Of a stretch of 64,000 nt of DNA, positions 42,715-53,720 are shown piece by piece (positions within the stretch are counted from its first letter, which is position 1; each line of letters begins with the position of its first letter). The translations under genes were made by a program, and so were the position numbers. The DNA comes from a virus. Location of the stretch: positions 1 to 64,000 of the IMG/VR virus record IMGVR_UViG_3300037483_001116. One strand, 5' to 3'. The notes beneath the pieces were generated by a model, which searched no databases, had not been told where the DNA came from, and saw only the letters and a program-made list of their open reading frames with translations.

Positions 42715-43008
42715 ATGGCTACTGTTCTTGAGAACCTTGCCGCCGTTCAGGCCAAGGCTGACGCCCAGGGCACTGCTCTGCAGGCTCTGGCCGCCGCGTT
42801 CGCGGACCTTGCCGCTGACGTCCGCGCTGCCCTGGTCGCAGCTGCTGACCCCAGCGTCGATGAGCAGGCCGCGTTAGACGCCCTCAACACCACCCTGGAC
42901 GCCACCGCGGCTGCTGCTGCGGAGGCTCTGGCCGCCGTGGCCGCCCTCGACGTTGAGGTCGGCGACGCGGACGGCTCCGAGACCCCGCCACCGGCGCCGG
43001 TGGTCTAG
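42715..43008 (+). CDS. small Ala-rich coiled-coil protein
   Basis: RBS GGAGG; heptad pattern. Confidence 0.6.
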   Translation: MATVLENLAAVQAKADAQGTALQALAAAFADLAADVRAALVAAADPSVDEQAALDALNTTLDATAAAAAEALAAVAALDVEVGDADGSETPPPAPVV

Positions 43009-43017
43009 GCTCGTCCC

Positions 43018-43221
43018 ATGACGAGCTTGAACGAAACGTGGCGCAAGAGCACCAGGTCTGGTCCGTACACCGACAACTGCGTCGAGGTCCGGAAGGTCAA
43101 CGGAACGGTCGAGGTCCGTGACACGAAGTATCAGGCCGGCCCCGTCCCGGTCCTGTCGTTCAGTGAGCAGGAGTGGGTAGCTTTCACCGCCGGTGTCGTG
43201 GATGGCGAGTTCCAGTTCTAA
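43018..43221 (+). CDS. DUF397 domain protein
   Basis: WRKSTRS...NCVEV...VRDTK...W.AF. Confidence 0.9.
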   Translation: MTSLNETWRKSTRSGPYTDNCVEVRKVNGTVEVRDTKYQAGPVPVLSFSEQEWVAFTAGVVDGEFQF

Positions 43222-43232
43222 GCTAAAAACAC

Positions 43233-43270
43233 GAAGACCCCCAGGCCTGATGGCTTGCTTGGGGGTCTTC
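43233..43270. terminator. bidirectional terminator between convergent units
   Basis: GAAGACCCCCAGGC / GCTTGGGGGTCTTC inverted repeat. Confidence 0.7.
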
Positions 43271-43283
43271 TGCCTGGGGGGGG

Positions 43284-43676
43284 TTAGTCATCGACCCAGC
43301 GCGGCTGCCAGCCGATGGCCTCGCGCAGCTGGTCGATCTCACGGGTCGGCATGTTCTTCGGGCTGGGGCGAGGCCGGCCTCGACTGCGGAGACGCACTCC
43401 GGCCCGTCGGAGCATTCTTCCGATCGTCTTGTCGCATACGCCGTGCCGGTTGGCGATGGTGATCAATGTGTCGCCGGCCCGGTAGTCCCGGACGATGTCG
43501 TCTATCGGAAGTTCCTGGTAGCGGATCACTGGCCCGCGGCGGGCAATCCCGGCCCGAGCCAAGGTACGGCTTATCGTGTCCCTGTCAACCCCGTACCGCA
43601 GGGCCAGGGCCGGGGTGTTGATGCCGTTCCTATAGTCGTTGACAATGACGTCGATTGGGAGATTCTTTTTGGCCAC
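43284..43676 (-). CDS. tandem-HTH DNA-binding protein
   Basis: Two repeats of LPID.IV.DYR.G.....A.R.GV...TI.R.L.RAG. Confidence 0.75.
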   Translation of the reverse strand: MAKKNLPIDVIVNDYRNGINTPALALRYGVDRDTISRTLARAGIARRGPVIRYQELPIDDIVRDYRAGDTLITIANRHGVCDKTIGRMLRRAGVRLRSRGRPRPSPKNMPTREIDQLREAIGWQPRWVDD

Positions 43677-44961
43677 GAATCCTTCCCTATCTTTCGTCCT
43701 CGTAGCAGTAGGGGCAGCCACACCGGCGGGGTTGCTCGTAGCCGCACCACCTGGCCGCGTGGAACTGCGTGTATGGGCATTCTTCCGAGGTGCAGTGCTG
43801 CGCCATCTTGATCGGCGGCGATGGGACCCCCACCCATATGAGGCGTTCCATGTACCGCCTCTGGACTTCCGGGCTGGTGGCGATGAAGTCGTTGATCACC
43901 TGGCACAAGGTAAACAGTTCGGCCTCGTCCAACCTCCAGATGTCCCCCCTGGGCATGCGCCATACCTCAACGGCGCCGGTTGTGTCGCCAGGCTCGACGC
44001 TGAATCTTTGCGTCACTGACCTACTCCTCGTGAATGACTCGTGGCCGCCGTCGTCCCCCTGGAAACAGTTGACGTTGTGGTTGTTGTCCCTGTTTTCTCG
44101 GTAAAGGTCCAACGAGACGAGGGGGGTCAGGTGGTGGCCGCAGCTCAGCAGCACGATCAGCTTCATGTCAGGCTCTCCAGTGGTGGGGCCTGTCGCAGAT
44201 GGTCGAGTGGAAGAGGCGTGGCCTGTCGCAGCCCCGGACAGCGCAGACGCTGCCCCTGTCCGCTGCTCCGATGTCCTGGCCAATTATCTCGGCCAGGGCG
44301 TCGGTTGCCTTCACGTCCGAACCGCGCCACGGACCAGTGTAGACAGCAGCGTCACCGTGCATGAGTGACGCCGAAACGCTGCCGCCGTGCCAGTTGTACT
44401 TGATGTACCACTTCGGCTCAGGCTCTGGCGCGGGGGCCGGCGGCGCCGGAACCCGGTCTTCGATCAGGACCTCCGTCGCGAGACTGAACTCGACGATGGA
44501 GCCATGGGGACGCGTCGGCATGTAGGCCGCCATCTGCTTGCAGCCCATGGTCACGTCGGCGACGTGGAATGAGATACCGCTGACGTAGAGCTGGTCGCCG
44601 GGCCTCAGATCCATGGCCTGTACGTACTGCATTTCCTTGCTCCTCTGCTTGGGGGTTACCGATGGGGTCTAGTAGTGGAAGGCTCGGGTTTCTGCCATTT
44701 GCTGGTCCCGGTCGAGGCGCAGGTTGTACACCTCCATGATTCGCTGCATGTTCTTGCCGTCGTACCCGGCGGCCACGGTGCGGGCGTCCCGGTCCGCGGG
44801 GACGTACACCGGGTAGTCCTCGTGGTCGTAGGTGTCGACCACCACGATCATGTGCGTGGCGCCCTTTTTGACACCGCGGTCGAACCAGGCGACAAGATCC
44901 TGCTTCGTGGTCATGGCTCCCGCTTCTCCGGTCTCTGGTGTTCGTCTACTTGATGTATACA

Positions 44962-44991
44962 AATATACATACCCCCAGGAGGGGGTGTCAA
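44962..44991 (-). promoter_or_regulatory. sigma70-type promoter
   Basis: TTGACA-18nt-TATATT; near-copy of 49600-49629. Confidence 0.75.
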
Positions 44992-45236
44992 GCCCCTTCG
45001 TCCTGCAACTTGGGCCGGCGCCCCCGGCCCGGCCGCAGATCCGCCCACTGTTCGATTTCCTTCCGGCGGCTCGGCAGCCACACCGGCGACCGGCCGAAAA
45101 TCTGGTCCGGTATCGGAAATGGATGGTGCCCGTACCGCCGACCATGCCTGGAGTCAGAGCGGTACTGGATGATGGTCTGCCGGTCGACGTCCAGGATGTC
45201 GGCCACCGCGGCCAGGTCCAGAAACTCTGGCTTCAT
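44988..45236 (-). CDS. AlpA/excisionase-like HTH regulator
   Basis: LDLAAVADILDV..TI..Y...FPIPD..FGRSPVW. Confidence 0.65.
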   Translation of the reverse strand: MKPEFLDLAAVADILDVDRQTIIQYRSDSRHGRRYGHHPFPIPDQIFGRSPVWLPSRRKEIEQWADLRPGRGRRPKLQDEGA

Positions 45237-45473
45237 GGCGTGGGTGCTTTATCGAGAGTCCGTTCCAGCACCCACACCGCGTCCCCTCCGCCGAAGCTGG
45301 CGTAATACAGCCAGTTGCTGATCTGCCGTTCCTCGACGGCCTCCGGGTCCCGGGCGTATGCCTGCACGAGGCTACGCGCGTAGGCGACGGCGGCCTCGGG
45401 GGTGCTGAAGACGTAGGCCTCAGCGTCTGAGTGTCGTTCTTTGGTCATGACGACGTAGAGCCTCACTGGCCGA

Positions 45474-45996
45474 TCCTTTCTATGACGCGGACTTGTGGAG
45501 AAGGTCAGGACTGGGGCGACAGAAGTAAGGATCGCTCTCGTAGGTGCATAGCCACCGCGGTCAGGTTCAGGAACTTCGGCTTCACTGCGCCGGCTCCATC
45601 ATGTGACGCTTGCTCTCGACTGGACTCTGGGGACAATAGGTGACGTTGTCGAAGGTGAGTGCCCACCGGCCATCAGCGTTGCAGTACATCTCATCCCTAC
45701 ACCACCGGCACCGAACCACCCGCGTGCCTTCCGGGTTTTCCTTCATGGCCGCCAGGAACGCGGTCAACAACGGCAGCTGCCGCTCGTTGAAGCTGACGCT
45801 GTGTCCCTCGTCATCTTCCGCCAGGTAGAAGGTGGAACGGCCTTCGGTCCGGGTGGCTTCGACCTGACAGCCGCCCACATTGAGGATCCACCTGGTCTCA
45901 GTTACTTCGCTCATGACCAATTCCTTTCTATGACACGTGCTTGTGGAGAAGGTCTGGACTGTGGCGACAGAAGTAAGGATCGTTCTCGTAGATGCA
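45474..45996. repeat. pair of ~75-nt imperfect direct repeats (45474-45548 and 45922-45996)
   Basis: CCTTTCTATGAC...CTTGTGGAGAAGGTC..GACT..GGCGACAGAAGTAAGGATCG occurs twice. Confidence 0.85.
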
Positions 45997-48400
45997 CAAC
46001 CAACGCGCATCCACGCCTTCCCGCTCGGGCGTGACCCGCTCCCCACAGAACCTGCACTGGGCGTCACGTCGCGTATTCCAGGTGCCGTGGTGGCAGTCGT
46101 GGTCGTCGCACCGGTTGCCGGTGTTGTCGGTGTCCCGCAGCTCCGCCCCGATCCATATGGCCCGGCATTCGCACCGGACGCAGTTGACAAAGTCACTGCC
46201 CTGTGGCGCCTTGTCGAAGGCCTTGAGGAAGGCCCGCAGGATGGGCAGGTGACTTTCCAGAATGACCAAGGCCCCGTCGTCGCCGATGACGTAACGCATC
46301 GGGCCGTTGGGTATGGTCGTTTCCCGCTGCCGCGCCCGCATGGTCCGGTGCCCGATGGCATGGCCCAACTCCGGATCGCCGCTGTCGTCCAGCGGGAAAA
46401 GCCATTCCATCACTGTCGTCACGGCCGAGTGTCCTCACGCGAATCGTCGCCGGCCGACTTCTGGCCCGCGTGGACCGCCCGTCCCAGCCAGCCGGCGGCG
46501 AACGGTACCCAGAAGAGGGCGGCCCAGCGCCAGTCCCCTGAACCGAAAGCCATCAGCGTCCAGGAGACGCCGTTACTGAAGATCAGGCCCGTTACGACAA
46601 GGCCTGCTCGACGGACAGGGGTTCGGCGCCGGACCGCAGCCTCCCGGGCCACTCGCTGAAGCTCAGGATCTGCGTTGGCCTGGATGACGATGCTGCACAG
46701 GGCAACCAGGACCGCTGAAACGGTCAACGCCCATAGGGCGAAATTCTCCATGACTTGTCCCCTAATCCTTGTAGTAGGTGGGCTTGTAGGCCACGATCCG
46801 ACACGTGCGCTTAGCGCATTCAGCCATTACAATCCAGCCGTCCCCTGGCACCTCGATGCCGATTTCCGTCGACCTTCCCCGCAGCTTTCCGTCGACATAC
46901 AGGGTGTGGTTGTCGGCCGCGAGGTGCACATAGTGGAACTGGAACTTGTCGCCGGTGACGCCGTAGCTGGAAACGTGGGCATACTTCGACCTCAGGCCGA
47001 CACTCCAAGCCTTCGCGTACTCCGCGTCCAGGACCCGGTCGATGACGTCCACGTCAATCTCGCCGGCCAGGACCTGCACCAAAGGATCATTGATGATCGC
47101 AGCCACTACTCCCCCCTCTCTGCATGCAATTCCGCACGCAATTCCGCACGGATTGCTTCGCGAAGCGACCAGAGTTGTGCGTTTTGCAACGACTCATCTC
47201 CGTCGCACGCGCCGTACCACTCGTACGCCTTGCCGACCTGCTCCCAGACGTCGAGCCCAGTTGCCCAGCCATCGGCCTCCAACGTCTCGTCGGTGTGTGG
47301 GTGCTCGGGGTCGTACTCCACAGGAGTAACAGGTGCACCTCTCACGACGTCTCCCCCTCTCCGAAATCCGCTCGCGACAAGCCGTACGGCAGCAGCAACA
47401 TCACCAACAGCTCCACGTCGATGCTGTCACCGAGGCGGGCGATGATACGACGCTTCGCGTTGATGTCCGCCAAATGCCACCACTCGTCATAGGTGGCGTG
47501 ACTGAACTCGTGCTCCCGCACCAACTCCGGCCAACTCCCCCGCGGCCACTCGTCAGGATCCAGTGTCCACTGAAGTGGACAGTCCCCCGTGCCGCTTGGG
47601 CCTACGCAGTTAGGCACCAGCCTGGTCCGCGAATCCCCGCTGTAGCCCACGGTCTTGGGCCACCAGTACTTCTCGGCCTCGTCGAGATGTTTGGCCAAGG
47701 TCTCCAGAAGCTCGTCACGCATGGCGCTCCATCGCCTCCTTCATCACGGCGTCAATCTTCGCCTTAAAAACGTCGAAGGCCGCCTGCTCCTCCGCGTCCA
47801 GCACGGCCAACAGGGCCCGGACTGCGGCCAGGTCCGAAGGGAACAGCACCAACGTCCGCCCCGTGGACTGGATTTGATAGGTCATGAGATTGTGGTTGCG
47901 ATCCACCACCTGGTATGCGATAGCTCCCACTTCTTCTAGGGGGAACTTCCTGCGCCGGGCGCTTTGTGGAGGCGAATCGATGCAACCGTTGCAGCCGTCG
48001 GCCCCGGTACTACAGTCGCGGCGGCGGTGCTCGTTGAAGCGGCCCATTACCATCCCCTCGTCTCGAACAAAGCGACCCGCTCCTGCACCGCAGCCTGGCT
48101 CGGGTACATGGCCTCGATGACAGCATCCGGGGTCGGCATGTAGCTGTGCATGAACAGCCTCTCGACCTGCCGCCGGGCAATCTCCAGCTCGGCAGCGGAG
48201 CGGTAGTAGTCGCGCTGGAAGCCGGCCATGAGGCCGTTGACGATGTGGTCGGTCTCCTGGCGGCTGTGCTGCATCATGAGGGTAACCATCAGGGCCAGGG
48301 CTTCGCCGCCCGTGGGGGCCAGTTCTTCCGCGGTGGGCTGGTCGTTGAGGCTGGGCTGCGTCATTGTCTTGCTCCTTTGTCGCGAAGGGGATGAGAGGGA

Positions 48401-49555
48401 TTAGGCCTGGACCTTGGCCCGGGTGACCAGCGTCTGCTTGACGTCCCGGAACGTGTCCAGTTCCTTGATGGTGGCCTTGAGGGTGTACGTCTCGCCGACC
48501 TGGTCGCCGAGGACTTCGCGGCTGGCGAACCATTTGATGACGTTGCCGGCGGCGTCGAGCATCGAGTACAGGACCGTGGTGCCCCACTCGCCGCCAGGGA
48601 TGAAGGTGATGGCTTTGATGGTGGCGGTGAAGGTGAGTCGCTGGCCGACGTTGCCGAGCCAGTTGCTGACCTGCGCAGCCTCCGCCTCACGGATGAGGGT
48701 CTTCTGCTGCCACCGGGCCCATGCCTGCGGGGCGCTGGCGAGGAGGCCGATGTTGCCGAAGCTGACGCTGTCCGCACCGACGATGTTCTTCAGGTTCTGG
48801 ACGTAGTCCGAGGTGCCGGTGAAGTCGTCGCTGAGGACCCAGGCGATGCACGCAGCGGCCTGGTCTTTAGCTTCGGCGGCCAGAGTCTGGATACGGGCCA
48901 ATTCGATGCGACGGGCCAGGTCGGGGACCTTCGGTGGGAACAGCACCTCCAGGACATCACCCTTGGTGCTGTTGCTGCCCGACGCCGGCTTGTAGCCGTC
49001 CAGCTTGATCAGGGCCCAGGCAACAGCCATGGCGTATTCGGTGCCGACCCGGTCCGCGGCGCCGCCGTAGCTGCCGAACCCCAGCTCCTCGCCGAGGGCT
49101 TCGGTGTCGAGGAAGACGATCGACCCGGCCCAGCCGAGGAAGTCTTTGATGCACGTCGAACCGACCTGCAGCTGCTCGCCGGTCTCGACGTTGCGCACCA
49201 CGTACGTCTCCTTGCGGAAACGGTCGGTGCGGCAGTGGGCGCAGAAGCCTTCCTGCAGCTGGTCCCGGTCGACCGGGTCGGCGCCGGGGGCGCTGCGGAC
49301 GACGAGGCCGGCGGCCTCGTCCCAGGCGAGGGTGGCCTGGAAGGTCCAGCCGTTGTAGCTGGGGGCCTCGCCGCCCAGCTCCACGTCGAACCAGATTTCG
49401 GTCCGGTCGAAGCCGAACTCGTCCTGCGACTCGACGACAACCTGCTGGGCGTCGAGGGTGATGTGGCCGGTGAAGCCGCGCTTCTGCGCCCGCTGGTTGA
49501 TCTTCTGAACCTTGGCCTGCGTGGCCTGGAAGTTGGTCTCGTTGATGCGGAACAT
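48401..49555 (-). CDS. phage protein with Zn-ribbon and C-terminal OB-fold-like domain
   Basis: CAHCRTDR..QVGSTCIKDF; C-terminal G.VG.R..F...GNVIKW...ATIK...KQT.VTR. Confidence 0.7.
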   Translation of the reverse strand: MFRINETNFQATQAKVQKINQRAQKRGFTGHITLDAQQVVVESQDEFGFDRTEIWFDVELGGEAPSYNGWTFQATLAWDEAAGLVVRSAPGADPVDRDQLQEGFCAHCRTDRFRKETYVVRNVETGEQLQVGSTCIKDFLGWAGSIVFLDTEALGEELGFGSYGGAADRVGTEYAMAVAWALIKLDGYKPASGSNSTKGDVLEVLFPPKVPDLARRIELARIQTLAAEAKDQAAACIAWVLSDDFTGTSDYVQNLKNIVGADSVSFGNIGLLASAPQAWARWQQKTLIREAEAAQVSNWLGNVGQRLTFTATIKAITFIPGGEWGTTVLYSMLDAAGNVIKWFASREVLGDQVGETYTLKATIKELDTFRDVKQTLVTRAKVQA

Positions 49556-49577
49556 GGTGCGCGCCTCCCTCGGAGAA

Positions 49578-49629
49578 CTTCGTATACTTGATGTATACGA
49601 AGCTACACACCCCAGGGAGGGGGTGTCAA
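49578..49629 (-). promoter_or_regulatory. sigma70-type promoter with overlapping palindromic operator
   Basis: TTGACA-18nt-TAGCTT; CTTCGTATAC-N5-GTATACGAAG perfect inverted repeat. Confidence 0.75.
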
Positions 49630-49659
49630 GTCTTCAGGAGAAAAAGTTAGAAGTCTTCT

Positions 49660-50424
49660 TCAGGCATCTCGGCCGCCGGCACCCCAGTCGCGCACCAGCT
49701 GAGCAATCCGGTCGCCAGCCGCCTTCGTACCCACGAACGTGGGTTCAAAAAACCTTCGCCGCACGTCCAGCAGCCACGCCTCCACCGGCGCTGTGTCCGG
49801 CCGCCGCTCCGGCAACACCGACCGAGTCTGCGCGAACAGCTCCTCATATGTGACCAGTTCACTTTCAGCGTGCTGCGGATCCCTGGCCACAGCCTCACCG
49901 AACTCCCGGTACATGTCCGGATCCTGGAGGCGAATCGTCAACTCTCCCGTCCGATACAACCCAAAACCTTGATGCAGCAACCGGAGCAGATGCTGGGCAT
50001 GCTTCTCGGTCCTTTTCTTCAGGTCCGAGGAGAAGTTGCCATCACGCTTCACCAGCCGGTCGAACTGCTGCCGGGCATACCCCAGATATGCAGCCCGGAC
50101 CCGCGGTGCTGACAGAAACGAACCCCGAATGTTGATCAGCCGCTGGCCCAGCGGATGCAGCACCTCATACTCCGGCAGCCACAGCAGCTCCATCACCGTC
50201 GGATTCCCGCCCAACGCCAGGCTGCAGAACTTTCGCGCCTCATGAAAAGTGTAATCCGACGGTTCCCTCACCACCATCGACTCGTCCGGACCTTTCAAAC
50301 CATGCAGCGTCACAGTGGGCAGCGCATACATGCCCAGCCGATCAATGTCTGACTTCGGTGTCGCCAGGCCATAAGCCTGCGACCCCACGACGCCGGACAG
50401 CAAGACAGTACCCGGCACGTTCAT
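49660..50424 (-). CDS. DNA polymerase beta-family nucleotidyltransferase (YcgL-like)
   Basis: VGSQAYGLATPKSDIDRLG, GNPTVMELLW, KHAQHLLRLL. Confidence 0.9.
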   Translation of the reverse strand: MNVPGTVLLSGVVGSQAYGLATPKSDIDRLGMYALPTVTLHGLKGPDESMVVREPSDYTFHEARKFCSLALGGNPTVMELLWLPEYEVLHPLGQRLINIRGSFLSAPRVRAAYLGYARQQFDRLVKRDGNFSSDLKKRTEKHAQHLLRLLHQGFGLYRTGELTIRLQDPDMYREFGEAVARDPQHAESELVTYEELFAQTRSVLPERRPDTAPVEAWLLDVRRRFFEPTFVGTKAAGDRIAQLVRDWGAGGRDA

Positions 50425-51244
50425 GCCCACTCCTCTGGTCTTAACGGGCAATACCAGGTGTCTGGCGCCCCCCCGATCCTGCCGCTCGTACTGCAGTGGC
50501 CAGAACAGCCAGCACACGGCTGCGGTCGACCGTACCTCGGCACTGACTCACCCCCGATCCAATGCCATTCATCAGCCCCAGCGTGCCTGTCGCACGTCCA
50601 CGACTCCGGCGGAACGGCGCCAACGAAACCCTGGTGATACTGCACCATGGTCCCGGGTCGACCACATGGACAGCCCCGGCGGCGGACCTCGCGGTTGTGG
50701 GCCTGCCATCGAATCTCCGCCGCCCACACCTGATCCCAGCAGTTCACCAGGTCAGCCAGGCGCATTTTCCAACGAAACAACGTCATGGGCTCGGAGCACA
50801 CCACCCAGCACTGTGAGGCGGTTCCTCGGTCACAAACTTGTCGCCGGCCTCAAACGCGGCAACCACATCCTCGACCGACTCATCCTCTTCGAAGAAATCC
50901 TCGTCGATGACAGCGTCAACCGCTACATCCTGCCGCCGCAACGCCTCAAGGTCTTCGTCGGTGTACGTCACCCACTCCACCTCAGGCGTGGCGTAGGCAG
51001 CAGCCTTCGCTCGCTCCAACAGCGCCGCGGCGTCGGCCGCTTCCAGCTGGATACTGACATACTCCACCACAGCCTCCAACGCCTCCAGAAGCACAACATC
51101 TTTGGCGCCTGGCCCAAGAGCCAAACGTCGAAGAATCTCTGCGTTTTCAGCCACAACTCGCTCCAGGACGTCTCGGAACTGTTCGTCTCGGGTCGCGGGT
51201 TCTTCGGTCATGAACTGATGATGCCTCCTCCTGAAAGAAAGGGA

Positions 51245-51655
51245 GGCCCGGGGCCGAATATCCGACGACCCCGGGCCAACTGAAATAGTCTTGAGAGGAC
51301 TATGCGCGTTCAAGCGCGTTCAGTGAACCGCCAATTTGTATCGCTACCAACATTTAAGGACACGTCTAAGTCCTGCGGAACTGACGCTCTGCCGCTAAGC
51401 TACGGGTTCATGTTTGGAGAACCCGCCAGGATTCGAACCTGGGCCTTCGGTTGTTTGTGATCGTGTCCATTCGATGCAGCGAATTGCGGCAATATTTGAG
51501 TTTGTGGCAAGAGATTGAAAGGCTGCGGGACCAGTTTTAGGGGCGCCCCACTCGGGCCCTCGTACTGATGTCTTACCTGGGGCTGGTTTGGCCCGAAGGC
51601 CACCCCAGGTGACTAAGTTTGAGTTTGTGCCAACCCACCCGAAGGTGGGTGTCTA
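51245..51655 (-). ncRNA. large structured RNA containing a circularly permuted tRNA (YrlA-like) module
   Basis: RNA order T-arm CCAGG-TTCGAAT-CCTGG, loop-closed acceptor CGGGTTC/GAACCCG, D-arm GCTT-AGCGGCA-GAGC; enclosing stems GGACACG/CGTGTCC and TCGCT/AGCGA. Confidence 0.75.
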
Positions 51656-51661
51656 TGGGAC

Positions 51662-52399
51662 CTACCAGCCCAGAGCGGCGAAGATGGCGTCGCCGATCTT
51701 CACGTCCGGGGTGTCGGTCATGTTGGCCTGCTCGCGGGCGACCTTGACGGCGGCCTGCAACTTGGTGGCCTTCTCGACCAGCTCACGCCGACGGGCCTCC
51801 GGAATAGCGCCGGAGAACTGGATCGTGGTCCAGTCGCCGACGACGACGTCCTCGTAGTACACCTCAACCTGGGCCGGGTGCTTGTCCGTCGCGGCGGCCT
51901 TGACGTGGTTGCGCGGGACCTTCTTCGACCGAGTCTTGGCGCTCGGCGTGGTCTGGAAGGATTCGGAGTTGTCCGAATAGGTCCAGGTCTCGCTCGGGTC
52001 CAGGACCGGCAGCTTGCCGACGAAGGTGACGTAATCGACGAGCTTCTTCTCCAGGGTCAGCAGCGTGGTGACCGGCACTGCCGTTAGGACTACGGCGCCG
52101 TCAACCACCACGTCCGCGCGGGCGGCCTGGTTACCGGCGTCCATCGTGGCAGTCAGGTCCAGCATCCGTACCTGCGACGCGATGACGTTGTCGAGGATCT
52201 CCTCGACTCGCAGCTGCAACTTGACGCCCTCCGACGGCAGGGTCTCGCCGTCGTCGTCGCGTGGCTTATACGTCTTGGTGATGCCGGCCAGCAGTGCGGT
52301 CTTCTGGATGGCGTGGTAGGCCTGCGTCAGGGCCGACTCGCCGTTGGACTTGGCACCCTTCGTTAGGGCGATGACCTGGTTCAGCTTGAGGTTTGCCAT
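51662..52399 (-). CDS. conserved hypothetical protein (KLNQ.IA..KG...HPAQVEV family)
   Basis: 245-aa ORF with RBS AGGAG and own promoter; resembles a family I recall from Streptomyces genomes. Confidence 0.85.
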   Translation of the reverse strand: MANLKLNQVIALTKGAKSNGESALTQAYHAIQKTALLAGITKTYKPRDDDGETLPSEGVKLQLRVEEILDNVIASQVRMLDLTATMDAGNQAARADVVVDGAVVLTAVPVTTLLTLEKKLVDYVTFVGKLPVLDPSETWTYSDNSESFQTTPSAKTRSKKVPRNHVKAAATDKHPAQVEVYYEDVVVGDWTTIQFSGAIPEARRRELVEKATKLQAAVKVAREQANMTDTPDVKIGDAIFAALGW

Positions 52400-52443
52400 G
52401 ACTGCACTCCTGGGGTGAGGTTGAGTTTCTGTGTGACCTGGTC

Positions 52444-52472
52444 AACGTACCCCTACATGGGGGTGTTGTCAA
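52444..52472 (-). promoter_or_regulatory. sigma70-type promoter
   Basis: TTGACA-17nt-TACGTT. Confidence 0.7.
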
Positions 52473-52847
52473 TGGAGCTTCGTCGGCAGCCACGCTTCAG
52501 GGCCAGGACCTTCGCCAACTCGTGCAGAGTGCCGTCGGGATCGGCCGCTCTAATCAGGGTCACGTTCTCGCTCAGGCGGACCCGGACCTGCTCTACGGCG
52601 TCAAGTAGCGCAGAATGGAGCCAGGGAGCCGACTGCGGATCAAAGTCGTCGTCCCTGTTCATCGTCATCATCAGGATCAACCAACCCCCGAAGGGCCCCT
52701 TCAAGAGGGATTTCCACAGTAACCGTCGTCAACTCGCTGAGCGGAATGCCCCAAGCCTCCATGCGATCCTCGAAGTCTGTGCACTCGGGATTGCCACAAC
52801 AGCATTCATGACTGCCGAGCCTATAGGGCTCATTGCTGGTTTCCACG

Positions 52848-52917
52848 TAGCGGATCCGGGTTCCGCCCCCGGCGTAGCTTGAATATGAGTCAAGCCTGAG
52901 TACCTAGCTCCTCCGCC
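52848..52917 (-). tRNA. degenerate tRNA with CAT anticodon
   Basis: CTTGA-CTCATAT-TCAAG anticodon arm; atypical T-loop GGCGGAA. Confidence 0.45.
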
Positions 52918-52945
52918 AAAAGAGAATCCACAGTGGACAGCATTA

Positions 52946-53026
52946 AGAGCCGCAGGGGAGAGTCGAACTCCAATTTATGCGCTTTGCAGGCGCACGGCAG
53001 CCACCCGCTACCTAAACCCACGGCCC
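52946..53026 (-). tRNA. atypical tRNA-Cys(GCA)
   Basis: Loop CTGCAAA; long acceptor stem, 6-bp D stem, 4-bp T stem. Confidence 0.6.
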
Positions 53027-53125
53027 GAGCCGGACGCAGAGATGCCTAGGATCTTTGTCCGGCTGCCGGCCCTCACGGAAACCGGAGTCGCGCGTTACCC
53101 CAGGAATTTCACCTGGCACAAGACG

Positions 53126-53197
53126 TGCCCCTGGGGAGGATCGAACTCCCGCCCCGGCCTCCGGAGGACCGTGCTCTATCCACTGAGCTACAGGGGC
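53126..53197 (-). tRNA. tRNA-Arg(CCG)
   Basis: Cloverleaf; loop CTCCGGA. Confidence 0.9.
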
Positions 53198-53203
53198 ATG
53201 GAC

Positions 53204-53719
53204 CTACTTCACCAGGTCCAAGACTATCGACTTCACTTCACCACACAGCCGACGCCGAGACATCCGGCCAGGATCCAGGACAATTCCCGTCCGCTGAGCC
53301 CGCACCGACCTACGCAGCAAATCCCGCAGACGCAGGTTGTACTGAATAATCCACTGGACGTCATCCGGCCGGTAATGCCCGATCCGGACCTCCAGCCGCT
53401 TCTTCACGTTGGCCACCGACACGTCAATCAGGACGAAGTGCACAGGCACATCCTCCGGAAACGACCCAGACTCGATCGCCTCATGCGGCTTGGTGATGCC
53501 GCAAATGACCGTCGACTTCCCCTCCCGGGCACGGACCGCAGCCTCATGCAGCAGCAGCTCCACCCGGAAAACCCGCCAAGGGCCAGTGCCGGCCGCCGGG
53601 ATTCCGTCCTCGTCAATGTCGTGGAACTCGACGTCGGCGAGGTCCGGATCCTTGCGTAGGGTCTCGAACACTGTGGTCTTGCCTGCGGTACTGACGCCCG
53701 TAATAAATATGATGGCCAC
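53204..53719 (-). CDS. P-loop nucleotide kinase-like protein
   Basis: IFITGVSTAGKTT; HDIDE. Confidence 0.8.
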   Translation of the reverse strand: MAIIFITGVSTAGKTTVFETLRKDPDLADVEFHDIDEDGIPAAGTGPWRVFRVELLLHEAAVRAREGKSTVICGITKPHEAIESGSFPEDVPVHFVLIDVSVANVKKRLEVRIGHYRPDDVQWIIQYNLRLRDLLRRSVRAQRTGIVLDPGRMSRRRLCGEVKSIVLDLVK

Positions 53720-53720
53720 G

